Source of the DNA: Podarcis filfolensis
Taxonomy: Eukaryota
Assembly (NCBI GenBank): GCA_964270895.1
Contig: OZ185435.1
Direction: 5' to 3' (one strand)
DNA length: 64,000 nucleotides
Shown: piece after piece, positions 50,523-63,187 of the stretch
Numbering within the stretch: position 1 is the first letter of the stretch
How the letters are laid out: every line of letters begins with the position of its first letter
Translations under genes and position numbers: made by a program
Notes under the pieces: model-generated
What the model saw: only the letters and a program-made list of their open reading frames with translations
Databases searched by the model: none
What the model was told of the DNA's origin: nothing

Positions 50523-53500
50523 CTTTACACCAACTTTAAAGATACTCAGCACATATGGGGTTGGGACCGGGACCAGAGGACTGTGTTAGTGTGCTGTTTA
50601 TATCTGCCCTAAAGCATGGATAATGAATAGTCAGCAGCGGGTTGTTCCAATTCCAAACAGCTCTCTTCATGTCCGTGTGCCCTGAGGCAGCCAAGTAGAT
50701 CTGACAGTGTTTGCAGACCTTTTCCAACAGCCATACTGCCCAGTTTGCCTCCATTTCAAAGGTTGGCACTTGCATGCTGGAGTTCTTTTGACATAAAGGG
50801 CAATGTCATGCAATAGCCAGCCTAGCTAAGAATGAATTCTGGACCAGATGAGCTCCTGTACTTTGACAGCACAGCAACAAGGGCCAAACGGCCTTAAGGG
50901 AAAAAGCCCATTTAGCTTGGTGATAACAACGCACTGTCTCAGCCTGAAAGTCTGGGACTTCAATCAAGAACACCAATGTTTTTGTTTCCTGTACTATTAA
51001 ATGATATCTGTGCTCATTTGAACAATAATCAAGTTGTGCTCTTATTTCATTTTTGTCCCCTCCTCTGAAATGGCTTCCCTTGCCTGAAAGGGAAATGGTA
51101 CTGCTGCAGTTCAATATAGATACCAACAGGAATTAGATTTTCATAAATTTAATTGAGGGGACGATCTGCCTTTTAGCTCCGAGTACTGCTGCTAATTACA
51201 GAAGGATTTGAACAGAAGAATACTTTCAGGGGTGGGCTGAGTGATAATATACACAACTCTATTGATCCCAGCACAATGACCATTTGCCTTTCAGTTTAAG
51301 GAAGGTCAGGGGGTGTTCTTAAGAACCAGCATGCTCAGTCAAATGTTGGGGTGGGTTTTTTTGTTTTTGTTTTGTTATGGGGGAACATTCAAATGTTAAC
51401 TGCACATATCTTTAGACAATCCTCTCCAACATTTCTCCAATGAAAATAGGGGTGTCCTGCTGAGGAACAGTGGGACATTCAGGGATCAAATCAGAAACCA
51501 GGATGGCTTCTGTAAATCCAGGACTGTCCCCGGAAAATAGGGATACTTGGAGGGTCTGTTAGTCTCAAATGGTACAATCCATAGCCCTGTTTAGATGTTA
51601 TATGAGGAGGTTGGGTCATGTGGGCTAGATCCCCATGTGCTCACTGAGCTGCTGGTGCAAAGGAGGTTTGGATTGCTCTCTTGGTTACTAATGTGCTGGA
51701 GATACTTAACTCCATTCTTCTTTGCTAGGAGTAAGCAGATGGAGTGCTTTCATCCCAAAGGAATGCCTATCTCAGCTTCAGACCTGAAAGCTTAGAAGGC
51801 AATAGTGGACAGGAGACTAAGTAGTGAAGGATGGAAGTTGCCTCCCTATGGACCACACAGTGCTATGTGCCAGCACTTCATTGGTCAAGGGCAGAGAACT
51901 ATGGAAGATTCTTCATTAATTATATGTAGTGGGCAGGTTAAAACTTTATCCAAGACTTCTAGAATATTGCTCTGATGTTTCTACTGCTTTAGTAGCTCTT
52001 CATTTTTGCCTGTTGTTTTACTGACCACTTGCTGCTTTTTTTTGGCAATTGATAAATATTTTCTTTTTACTGTTCAATTTTTATTGGCATGCAGTTTATT
52101 TCTGCTCCTGCACTTATCTTTGAATACCTTTGTCAAAAAGCAACTTGAAAAAAAATAATTATGCGCCTCCAGTTCCAATAAAATAAAAGGGTTTCAGAAT
52201 CTGTAATTGGGCAAAGGATTGTAGCAAACCATAGAATTTTATGTAATTGACTCTCCATTCTTTTTGAATCTAGCACGAATGGCTTTAACTACCACCGCAT
52301 CTCAAAAGATAAAAGGCACCAGAAGCATTAAGCAAGCATATTTAATTCCATTGCTTTCTTGTATTAAAGGCTTTGTGATTTGGTACGTGCACATGTTGGA
52401 GAGGAAATGTTTACAATAACAGATGATTACTCCAGCCAACTCTATCGCTTAGATCTTATGGGAAAGCATTACTTATGATCCTTCCCATAATGGTTGATGT
52501 ACTCTGCAAAGCCAGAACTATTAGTACATGATGTGTGTTCATTTATTTAAAAATAAATCTCCAGTGGAGACAGCTGAAATAAATAAAAAAGAACTTAACT
52601 ACTGCCTGAATACATTTCTGAAAACTAATCTGCTTATCAGATTGCTATTCTAAAGCATTACAGGGTTATTGTCATGGCATTTCTCAGCTGAGAGGGGGGA
52701 AATAACAATTGCCTCCTGAAAACTCCATGAAGCATTATTCCACATTTATGATTATAGTTTTCCAATGGTGCGAACTGGTGTATGACAGCAAGCAACTTTT
52801 AAGACAAAAAACTGACCCTTTGAAATTGTACAATTGCATGTTATATAACTGGCCCAGAATCAGCCCACCATGGAGCAAATGGAACCACTGGTCTCTTTGC
52901 CATGTGCTTACTGGGTGTTCTTTAAAATGATAATAACAATATCATTGCTTTTGAAATCTTAGGTCAGAATAGCCAATCTGGTGCCCATATGTTGTTTGAC
53001 TAAAGCTTCCATGATCCCTGACCATGATGATGGACGTTGGAAGCCAACAAGAGTTGGATTGCACCATTTTGGCTACCAGATGGTTGATCTGTCCATCTGT
53101 GATTTCATGCTGTGGAGATAACCTCTGCAGGCTGCATTAGAAACTGCATCAAGAATTGCAAAGGGGGCACTGAAGCTGATGGCATCTGTGCACTACCAGA
53201 GAATAACTTCCCACTGAGGCAATAAATATATCACCTGTTACCCTCCATGCTCACACATACCAATGCTTGACGGCAAGGGGAAATTTGCCCATGAAGTGGA
53301 ATTCCTTAACTATGGCCTAGTTAACTCCTTAACTATGGCTGAAGAATGGACAAGATTACATCTGAGGTGACTCATACTAACTGTCTTAACATGGCCCACT
53401 GCACTAAAACACGTTCTGTCCTATGTCCCTCTCAGTTGCTTACCATGTCCATATTGGCTTGTTGAACTGGGTCTAAGACATGCACTTTCCATTTATAGTT

Positions 53501-55900
53501 CTTAATTAATACATCTGCCTGCCTTTCATTGGCACTAATCAATCTTCTGAAAATGTAGATAGAAAAGCCAGATGTTGTGCTTCCTCTCAGTGAGTTACCA
53601 GGAATAATTAAATTGAAACAAATCCTCCTTTTGCAGTCTATTTCTATATTTCCACATAGAGCAATTGGGCTCAGAGGAGTGTGTGTAAAATACATTATTG
53701 CCTTACAATTTCTTTTTGAAACACAGTGGGGTAGATCTATCTCTGGTGTGTATTCACTGAAGCCAGTGAGGTTATGCCAGTAAGTCAGCTTCAGCTCCTT
53801 GTGATATTCTCTACAAAATAACAAGACAAGACAATGTTAACTCTGCAAATCACACCCAAAATAACGGCACAATGTAAAAAAGAAGTCAGAATTAAAATGG
53901 AGTGGGGGTTTTTAAGGCAAAAAGTGAAATTATTAATGGAAAGTTATTGCTCTGTGTGTGTGTGTTTGGGTTTTTTTTAAAAAAAACACAACAACATAAT
54001 TTTCTTCACTATCAAGTGAAAAGTAGGAACTTGCTCTTTTTTCTTCTTCCAATGATGAGGGTCTGAAGAGCTTACAGAAAAAGAAAGCCTGAATTTGCAC
54101 TAGGAAAGGTGAATGTGTATTCATGATAGCCATCTTTAGAAACTGGGGACATTAAAACTAAACTAGAATATGATGACCTGATCTTGCCATTGAATTAATA
54201 CAGGCTCTGCTTTAGACATCTCTAATCATTCCAAAGACAACAGAGATTTAGAGATAGGGACATGCCTTTAGAGTAATGTTTCCTGGAATGTTTTCCTGGA
54301 ATGAGTCTCATCCTTTCAGCTTGCCAATAAACCTTTTGTGTGCTTATATTACTTTTGTGTGATTATATTATACGCTCCCCCCCTAAATATGCTATGTTTC
54401 ACCAGCAATGAAACATAGATGTAGAGATATAAGAATAGAGACAGAGCAGCAGAGAAGGAGGATTAGAGGAAGAGACTAGCATGGAAAATCAAATAGCAAA
54501 TCTCAAAGAAAGATGAAACAAGCAGAAAGAAGTAAAAAAACAAAGCAAAGCAATCTAAGATTTTAACAAGTTAATAGCTTGTGCATGGAGAGAGAATGAG
54601 ACTGTGGTCAAATCATCCTGTGAGCATGTTGGTAGAAGGGCTGTTTTACCAATCAAGATACCCTCTTTTCATCCAGGTAAGGGCACTTACCTAGACGTAT
54701 CCCATTGACCTCAGTGTGACTTCCTCCTAAGTAAACATGTGTAGGATTGTGCTCTTAATGTATGTGAAGAGCCTTACTTTGTGATCATCTCTCATTTGTT
54801 TGCATGAACCTTGTCTCAGGTCAGTTGAGGATTTCTAGTGAAAAAAAAGGCATGCAGAAATAAATGCAGACTCTGTGTCAACTTTTACATGCCCCGTTTC
54901 AGCACTAATCGCATGGGTACATGGCAGAAAGATGAAAATAGCCTCTGGGCTAATGGAACTTTAGAACTGAAGTAGAAACTCTAATTCTGGAGCTAAGGTT
55001 AACGATGCTATTGCAGGCTCTGGGCCTGGGAGCAATTTTGGAATATCAAATCAAACCGTGTGTAATACTCTGTGCATCTTGGGATATAGAGTTAGCCCAT
55101 CTCGGTATATAGTGTTCCCATATTCAACAATTTAGATCTTTTAAAGGCTATAGGGCAAATAGTGAATTTGTCTTGCCTACCTATGAAAAGGCAAAGGAAA
55201 TGTTTAAAGTTCAGTTTTCTCATTTGTTGGCTGCTTGCTTGCAATATTATCATGCCCTTCTCCCTGAATATTAAACATAGATTCGTTCTATCTATAGAAG
55301 TCACAAAAGAGGGTGATGCCCCCACAATTTAATTCAAAGTTGACAATTAGAGGAGTTGCACATAACATTTATTATTCTGTGATAACAGTGAAACAATACA
55401 CATATATAAGAAGCAAGTCCCAATGTGTTCCCAGGGAAGTGTTCATAGGATTCAAGCCACTGCCCTAAAGCATTTCACACTATGTTGTGTGTGTGAGAGA
55501 GAGATATTTATATGACTGTAGATAAATGTAGAAGAAGAAGAAGCTTCTAAAGCTGAACTGCCTTAAAAACAAAAACCCTGCAGTAAATCTATGCAGAACA
55601 ATTCTGAATTTAAGGAAGAACAGGAGACAACACAAAGAAGCACCTGAGCAACTGGCCTTGTCTTAGCTGGTGACAATGTATTGCAGAGTTGATTCTGGTG
55701 AGATGGGGATAGTGAAGTAGAGATTGGACCTGCTGCATCCCAAAATGGGACTGTCTAGACTTCCAGAGTGCTCTAGACAAGGTTGGGGCTTAAGCTTGGG
55801 TTATGACAAATATTTTGCCTTTCCGAAAAATATACAGATTAAGTAGTTGTGATGACAAATTCTATCTTCACACATCTTTCCCCCTGCTTCCTCTGCCAAG

Positions 55901-56032
55901 GCAGAATGGGGAACCTGTTTTGTCATGACCAAACTGTCTTTGATACTGAATATGAAAGGAGTGTGCAACAGACACCCCTTTATGACACGCTCACACCATC
56001 ATCAGCACTAAAGGATGACAGCATCATACCAG
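55901..56032 (+). CDS. Candidate first coding exon of an unrecognised gene (MGNLFC...SIIP)
   Basis: Long polypyrimidine tract plus AG at 55899-55900; ATG at 55906 in strong Kozak context (agaATGG); open 42 codons +1; donor CAG|gtagga; no homology recognised. Confidence 0.3.
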
Positions 56033-58042
56033 GTAGGAGAGATGAGAGGCTGGACCAGGAAATACCAGACTGTATTCATCTTCTGAAAATACTGCATTAA
56101 AAACCAATTTGTTGCTCTTACAGCAACTTTTGTGGCAGCTCTTATGCCTATACTTTTGTGCAGGTGCATAAGAGGAGAGCAATTAGCACTCTCTAATTGG
56201 ATCCCCCCCAAGTTCTTCTAAGCTCTCTGCATGCTATATAGAGCACAGATGATCACTAGCTTCTGAAGCTACAATTTGGTCAATATGATGGACTGCAGAA
56301 CAAAACTGATAGACCGGAAGGCTCTATTCTGAGGCTTCAGACACTTCAAAAGCCATTGAACCCAATATAGATATGTGCTACAGACAGGTACATCTACACC
56401 TGAGTTTGTGCAGTTTTCTTCTGAAGGAAACATACCATAATTGTCAGTTTGCAGGTGTCAGGCTAAGACCTTTTTCCTTGGGTCATTAACATGGGTAAGA
56501 CTTTGTTATGATGTCTAGCTTAGTTTGCGGCATTCATCACTTAGCAGTAACCCGATTCGATGGGGTCTGTAGAAAATGGCAGCTGAATGACAATGTTCTC
56601 TATGCTTAGCCATGGTTTGCAAGTCCAAATAGCACTGGTGGATTTGCTCCTGTCATCTTTTGTTGTCAGTCAGAATGGGGTGGAGCCATCCTTTCTATTG
56701 TTATTGTTGGATGAACACTTTTTGGGGGGGAGGGTTCTATTGTATATTTTTCTATGGATTTGGCTTTTAATTGATTACCAAGGTGTTTTGAATTTTATGG
56801 ATTTTTTATTCTCTTTGAGACCTCTTCTTGTGGAAAGTGATGAATGGCAATACTCTCTCTGCAGAGAAGAGATCCTCACTGCTAATTGCCTACTGAGAAG
56901 AGAAGGGAACACTTGGCGCCAGCCAAGCTGGTAGGCCTTACTTGGTGGCAAAAACATGGTGCAAGAGACCCCACATCCATACTCCTGGTGCTGGATTAGA
57001 GCCCCCCCCCAAGAGCAAGCCAGTCGGACGCCTGGGGTGGCACGCGTGCCCTGCACCAGGGGCAGGGCCGTGGGGCCTCCGAGGAGTCTGCCTGCCTCCT
57101 CCCCCTCAGCCGCCTTTCAGCTGAGGGGGAGGCAAGCAGGCAGACCGTTTGGGGCATTGTGGGGTCTGTGGGCACCCAATCTACTGCGTCACTTGCAGGA
57201 GAGATGCGTGGCTTGGGCGTGCTGCCTCACAGTGAGTGCCACCCAGCATTTTGTCACCGCCCTTCAGTTGTGACACCTGGGGCGGCCTGCCCCTGCCACA
57301 CCCCCTTTCTCCGTCCCTGCCCCCCCCCATAGCAACATTTGTGACAGCAGAATGGAGCATATTAGGTACTGTACTTTGTTTTAGCACTAGATATGAGCAT
57401 CTCATTCTACTCTGTGGGAAGACTTCAGTGTAGCACTATGGCTAATGTTCCATCAGCACAAGGATTTTTCCTTGTGCAACAGAATGCTCTCCCTCTCTCC
57501 TCCACCCTAAATCTGTTGTAGGGTGGGAAAGTCCCATTGCATAAGTGGACACCATTCTTCTCACACAGTTGTTTAGTTGAATTTCGCCTGTGAACCTTTA
57601 TATACTTCTGGGAGCACGTAATCTCTCCTGACTCATTGTAGCTCTCTGAGGGGTATTATGGTAGAGAGAATTCTGTTTGTCATCATAACCTTTCTGATAT
57701 GTGATGAAGTCATCGTATAAGCCACTGTTCTCATAGACATTATTTTAAAAAATTGGAACCTAGAGTAGTGAGCTTATATAAATCAATCACCTGTTAACAT
57801 ATACTGGGAATCTGACTCTTGTTGGATTGCGGGGGGACCAGCCAGAGGAGTGATTTTTAACAGAAAAATGACTGATGAGAAAAGAGTTAATCACCCCCAC
57901 CCCCACCCTACTCCTGTGTTTCCGAATCCCAGGCTGCTTTTCTTTTTAAAAATCACCAGGACTTCAGTATAAGTATCTGTAAGTAACATAAAATTTTTTT
58001 TCCTGCCAGTAGCACCTTAAAGACCAACTAAGTTAGTTCTTG

Positions 58043-58080
58043 GTATGAGCTTTCGTGTGCATGCACACTTCTTCAGATAC
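58043..58080 (-). ncRNA. Minimal type I hammerhead ribozyme in the Penelope pLTR
   Basis: Minus strand GUAU-CUGAAGA-A-gugugcaugcacac-GAA-AGCU-C-AUAC: stem I GUAU/AUAC, palindromic stem II, palindromic AGCU stem III, CUC cleavage triplet. Confidence 0.8.
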
Positions 58081-59374
58081 ACTGAAACAGAAGTTGCCAG
58101 ATCCTTCTATATAGTGAGAAGGTGGGGAGGGGTATTACTCAGAAGGGTGGTGGGAATGGGTGGTTGGCAGATAGCTGAGATGAGCCTGTTGACGACTCTT
58201 AACGACTGCAATAGGTCTTACAGGAAAAAGCAAGGGGTGAGAAGGTGAAAAATGGCTTTGTCATGTATAATGAGATAAGAATCCAATGTCTTTGTTCAGA
58301 CCAGGTCTCTCCATGGTTTTAAGTTTGGTAATGAGTTGCAATTCAGCAGCTTCTCTTTCCAGTCTATTTCTGAAATTCCTTTGTAGTAATACAGCTACTT
58401 TGAGATCTTGTATAGAATGTCCTGGGAGATTGAAGTGTTCTCCTACTGGTTTCTCTGTCTTGTGATTCTTGATGTCCGATTTATGTCCATTTATTCTTTG
58501 GCGTAAGGTTTGGCCTGTTTGTTCAATATAGAGAGCTGAGGGACACTGTTGGCATTTGATGGCATATACAATGTTAGACGATGAGCAATTAAATAGTCCC
58601 GAGATGGTATGTGTGATGTTGTTGGGGCCAGTAATGGTGTTGTCCGGGTGTATGTGGCAGCAAAGTTGGCATCTGGGTTTATTGCAGGCTCTGGTGCCAG
58701 TGTCCGCGTTACGTCTGGTTGTAGTATTATTGTGGGTTAGGAGTTGTTTAAGATTGGGTGGCTGTCTGTAGGCAATGAAAGGTCTTCCTCCCAGAGCTTG
58801 AGAAAGAGAACTGTCATTGTCCAGGAGAGGTTGTAGATCTCTGATGATGCGTTGTACTGTTTTGACTTGGGAGCTGTATGTGATGACTAGAGGTGTTCTG
58901 TTATTTTCTTTTTTGGGTCTGTCTTGTAGCAAGTTCTCTCTGGGTATCTGTCTGGCTCTGTTGATCTGTTGTCTAACTTCATCTGCTGGGTATTTTAGTT
59001 CTAAAAAGGTTTGCTGTAGATCTCTTAGGTGAGAGTCTCTGTCTGTAGAATTGGAACAGATACGGCTGTAACGTAGTGCCTGGCTATATACAATGGACTG
59101 TTTGGTATGTTTGGGATGGTAGCTAGAGGCATGTAGATATGTTGGTCAGTTGGTTTACGGTATAAGGTGGTGTCTATGCGTCCATCCTGTATTTTTATAG
59201 TAGTGTCCAAAAAATGTATTTCTTGCATAGATTGATTCATTGTTAGGTTGATTGTGGGGTGAAAATCATTGAATTTCTGGTGGAAGGTGTCCAGGGTCTG
59301 TTGACCACCCTTCTGAGTAATACCCCTCCCCACCTTCTCACTATATAGAAGGATCTGGCAACTTCTGTTTCAGT

Positions 59375-59412
59375 GTATCTGAAGAAGTGTGCATGCACAT
59401 GAAAGCTCATAC
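59375..59412 (+). ncRNA. Minimal type I hammerhead ribozyme in the inverted pLTR
   Basis: gtat-ctgaaga-a-gtgtgcatgcacat-gaa-agct-c-atac; one C>T makes the base of stem II a G-U pair. Confidence 0.75.
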
Positions 59413-60203
59413 CAAGAACTAACTTAGTTGGTCTTTAAGGTGCTACTGGCAGGAAAAAAATTTTTTTGTTTTGACTATGGCAGACCAACACGGCTACCTA
59501 TCTGTAACTGTAAGTAACATGTCATTTACTCATGATGAAAAAAGGCATTCCAATGCTTTAGCTCTTGAGCATCGCTGCTGGAAGAAAGAAGAAATTGGCA
59601 TGGTGTGTGGGTGTGGGTGTGTGTAAAAAACAGACAGGTCTTTTCTCATCAAAATCCTATGATAAACGTATATTGAGGAAATCACAGTGTAAAGCGTCAC
59701 CAAGAGACAAAGAATAGCCTTGAAATCCTGAATATATGAACCTTAGCATATGTATTGCAGTGACTCGATTCACCGGGTTCTGTCAGTTGAATGACAATGT
59801 TCTCTATGCTTATCCATGGTTTGCAAGTCCAGATAGCACTGGTGGATTTGCTCCTGTCGTCTTTTGTTGTCAGTCAGAATACAAAACCAGTGTTTGTGTA
59901 GTGAATGTGTAGTAGTCGCTGGCAACAGCTAACTGGAGTGAAAGGAAAATACTTCAAATTCCCCAACAGCAGATATTTTCTTTAACAAGAAAAGGAAAAA
60001 AGAAATGAAGCAGATTCTATTGTGGTACTCAAATCAATTGTTACCCATATTTCCCTTGCTTCCTTTTTTCCCTCCATCTTCTGTAAAGACCCAGAATGAG
60101 GTGAATCAGCTGATTTGGAACAAGCTTTCATGTCTCTGAGCTGGTTTGCACCATTAATAAGGTGTGTCAGCGAACCCCCAAAGCACTCTCTTTTTCTTCA
60201 CAG

Positions 60204-60265
60204 AGAACACTTCCAGGAAAGGGGGAGGGGAGAACAAGAAAAGTGTGACTTTTTCTATAATGAAG
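60204..60265 (+). CDS. Candidate internal exon (E)NTSRKGGGENKKSVTFSIMK
   Basis: Acceptor ctctctttttcttcacag; donor AAG|gtaaaa; phase 1 to phase 0, compatible with 55901-56032 upstream and 63013 downstream; no homology recognised. Confidence 0.3.
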
Positions 60266-61185
60266 GTAAAATAAACAAGCACAATTGTCCCTGGACATGT
60301 TTGTCTGAAATTTGGTGTACGTTTTTTTGTTCAGGGACACCTCCCTCATGGCCCCCATTTTCAAACTGCTTGTCAAAAACAACATCAACAACCCCAGGGG
60401 AGCATGTTTTTAACCCCTGCTTCAAATGGTAAAGACTGCCCTGGTGTTAGAAAGCTCCCATTTCATGTTGATTGGGTGGCTGGTAGGATGATGAAGACGT
60501 GGACCCTCCTGCAAAAATGATAATGGGTCTTTGACACCCCTCAGCCCTTGACTACTAAGGGGAAGTGAACAATAGGCTTGGAGTCAAATAGGCTCAAAAT
60601 TGGAATCAGCCAGGGAGGAGTTCATAACCATATATTGAATCTGATACCAATGAATATTCACATCAAAATGTCAAATTCCCAGTAATATTTGACTTCCAAT
60701 TAATTGTGCTGCCCTTAATACAACATATTTGATACTTCAGAGAGTAATATGCCAGTGTGGACTTATTTACCCTTGCTCCCATGGCTAATCTACATTTTTA
60801 AGTGCATGGCACCTTTCTGTTATAGGCAAGTTTTCAGATCCATATTCATGAAAGCAATTAACAGCTATCATTCTCAGGCAAGACATTGTGACTTAGCACT
60901 GCATAATCACTATGATGGTTGAGGTTCCAAAAACACTTCAAATCACAAAATTTCCACATCAACTAATCCGGATGTTATATATAGCTGTTGCTTAATGCTA
61001 AATAAATATTTGTGTCAGTTAAAGACATTTTTAGATTCTTAATACACATTTTCTTATGAATCAATATGTTATTTGGTCAAGCATGCATCTTGATAATTGT
61101 TAACAAGTATGATGATCATAATTGATGGATTTTGGTGATGGCCACTACTTTAAATGGCTTTAAAGGGGGGATTGGGGGAGGCTAT

Positions 61186-61628
61186 TGTTGAAGATTCATT
61201 CCCCATGTCTGCAGTCATGGGATTGTTGTCTATCACATGACGGTGTATGTTTTAATTTCACAGAGTGGGAAGTGACGGAGACAGGATGTTTATGTTACTG
61301 TGTTCTGTGAAATGGGATTATTGTCCTTTGTTCTTTCTCTTTGCTGTCTGATGAGAAAGAGGAAGGAGCTAAGTCAGAATGCTCCGAGTGTTTTATATAT
61401 AAATAAAGTAGATTAGCCAAAATGCTGAGTTGCTGAGGTCTGTTACGCAAGCTGCGAAGACTCTGCGGATCCCTAAGTGTGCTGATGTTTCTTGGCATCA
61501 GTCGCTGTGATGTTCAGGCAGAAGAAAGCTTTTGAAGCTCCCGAATGATCGACCAGGAGGGAGAGAACATGCCAGTTGGGCATGTGTCTCTACCAGGGTC
61601 CTACTTGAGAGTAGGATGGCTCCTGACA
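61186..61628 (+). mobile_element. Solo LTR (443 bp)
   Basis: TGTTG...CTGACA termini; perfect 5-bp TSD gctat (61181-61185, 61629-61633); AATAAA near 61402. Confidence 0.85.
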
Positions 61629-61647
61629 GCTATAGTCATGATGGCTA

Positions 61648-61878
61648 CAGTGGTACCTCGGGTTACATACACTTCAGGTTACATACGCTTCAGGTTACAG
61701 ACTCCGCTAACCCAGAAATGGTACCTCGGGTTAAGAACGTTACCTCAGGATGAGAACAGAAATCACACGGCGGCAGTGGGAGGCCCCATTAGCTAAAGTG
61801 GTGCTTCAGGTTAAGAACAGTTTCAGGTTAGGAATGGACCTCCAGAACTAATTAAGTACGTAACCAGAGGTACCACTG
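61648..61878. mobile_element. Tigger-like MITE, uninterrupted copy of the family at 5503
   Basis: TIR cagtggtacctc / gaggtaccactg; TA TSD. Confidence 0.9.
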
Positions 61879-63012
61879 TATATGAATATCACTTGCTGTG
61901 AATCACAATCAGTAGATGGCTTCTGCACTCATGCCTGGCTTTTAGACTGTCCATAAGCAGCAGATTGGCCACGGTTGGGAACAGACTGTTGGATTAAACA
62001 GACCTGTAGTCTGTTTCATCTGGGTTCTTTGTATGAAATGCAACTGATGACAAGATCATGAGCCAGAGCCCCCATAGTTCTGGAACCTTTTTTTTAAAAA
62101 AACCCAATTCCTGAAATTGTTTTTATTTTATTTTTCTTTCCTAGCGCCTGTTCTCAGGAAGGCACATTTTTGAAGGTTCTTGATCAGCAGAATGCAAAAA
62201 AGAAATGGAATGAAATGAAAGCTGGTTAAGTACTGCTTGTCAGGGAACAAAAGGTGAACCATACAACCATTAATCACAAAACACGGGACCTTTGTTTGGG
62301 GGCAGAGGTCACAAACTGCCAGTCGGTTTATTCCTGATTGCTTCATGGTGGTAATGGAAGTGCCCAGACAGCCTTGATCTTTTTCGTTGACCCGACCTGA
62401 TCTTTTTTTGTGAGGGTTAATTGGTAATTTAAGTATACTGTACAGGTCGAATGATTTGAAGTGCATGCCATTAAGAGTGAGATTCAACACACTCTCATCA
62501 TTACGAGGGATGTTTGGCTTGGGCATGCGGATAGCTATTCCCAAACCTGCATTTGAAAATAAACATATAGATATAGATATTCACCTCATTGCCCTTTATT
62601 TATTTCTGGAATCCTAAAGCAGGTCTACACAGTTTGTAAAATATTTACATTCCAAGCTGGCTTGTGAATGTGGTTTGGGGCAGAAGACATTGCATCCTAT
62701 TTTTGCTGCTTTCATGGCAGTGAGGGAAAAGGGCCAAAAATAGTACAAGATAGTGCAAGAGGAAGAGCATCAAGAGAAAGAGGGCTGTGTGACCAGCCCT
62801 TTTATGGGGTCTCAGAAGGTCACGCCCATTTACCTGGTCACATACAGGGGGAGGATGCTCCAGACCAGGTGTGACAGGAAATCCTCCTGGCTGGAGCAAC
62901 ATTCCCCTGTGTGTCCACTCTGGGCAAACAGGAAATGTTGTATTTGACTGCTTTTGTGATGTTACAAACCACACAAACATCAGAGTCTTTTTGGTCTTAT
63001 CCCTGTGCCCAG

Positions 63013-63187
63013 GATCCTAATGAGAATCGAATAGGCCAGTGGGTGGATGTGAAGCCTCAAAATGGCATTGTGGACCTGTCTTTTCCTCTGGCCTCCGAAG
63101 CAGCCATGGGAGGGTACACCATAGTCATTGGAAGTCCACTTTTTGCATATGACGATTCAGCAAGATATTTCATGGTGGCAGAATATG
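63013..63187 (+). CDS. A2ML1: Internal exon of an alpha-2-macroglobulin-family gene (A2ML1-like; MG2 domain, equivalent to A2M exon 6). Orthology not established
   Basis: cccag|GAT...TATG|gtgag; 175 nt, phase 0 to 1 as for A2M exon 6; DPNENRIGQWVDVKPQNGIVDLSFPLASEAAMGGYTI..FMVAEY resembles A2ML1 as I recall it (DPNSNRIAQW..QGIVDLSFQLAPEAMLGTYT..FSVEEY). Confidence 0.85.

Larger units (their letters stand above)
57990..59507 (-). mobile_element. Penelope-like element, 5'-truncated, with inverted pseudo-LTR
   Basis: RT C-terminus (FHPTINLT..IHFLDTTI..TLYRKPTD, 59025-59303) and GIY-YIG endonuclease (VYAIKC..ALYIEQTGQTLRQRINGH, 58261-58932), frameshifted; ~160-bp inverted repeat (57990-58151 vs 59304-59465); 13-bp TSD ctgtaagtaacat (57977-57989, 59508-59520). 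Confidence 0.92.

Noticed and set aside
53444-53546. Minus-strand exon-like segment encoding RLISANERQADVLIKNYKWKVHVLDPVQQANMDM
   Set aside because: Good splice signals but no recognisable homology and no partner exons
62847-62867. 21-nt phase-0 segment just upstream of the A2M exon as the missing exon 5
   Set aside because: Encodes GEDAPDQ, unlike the hydrophobic xPxVxxQ exon, and has a weak acceptor
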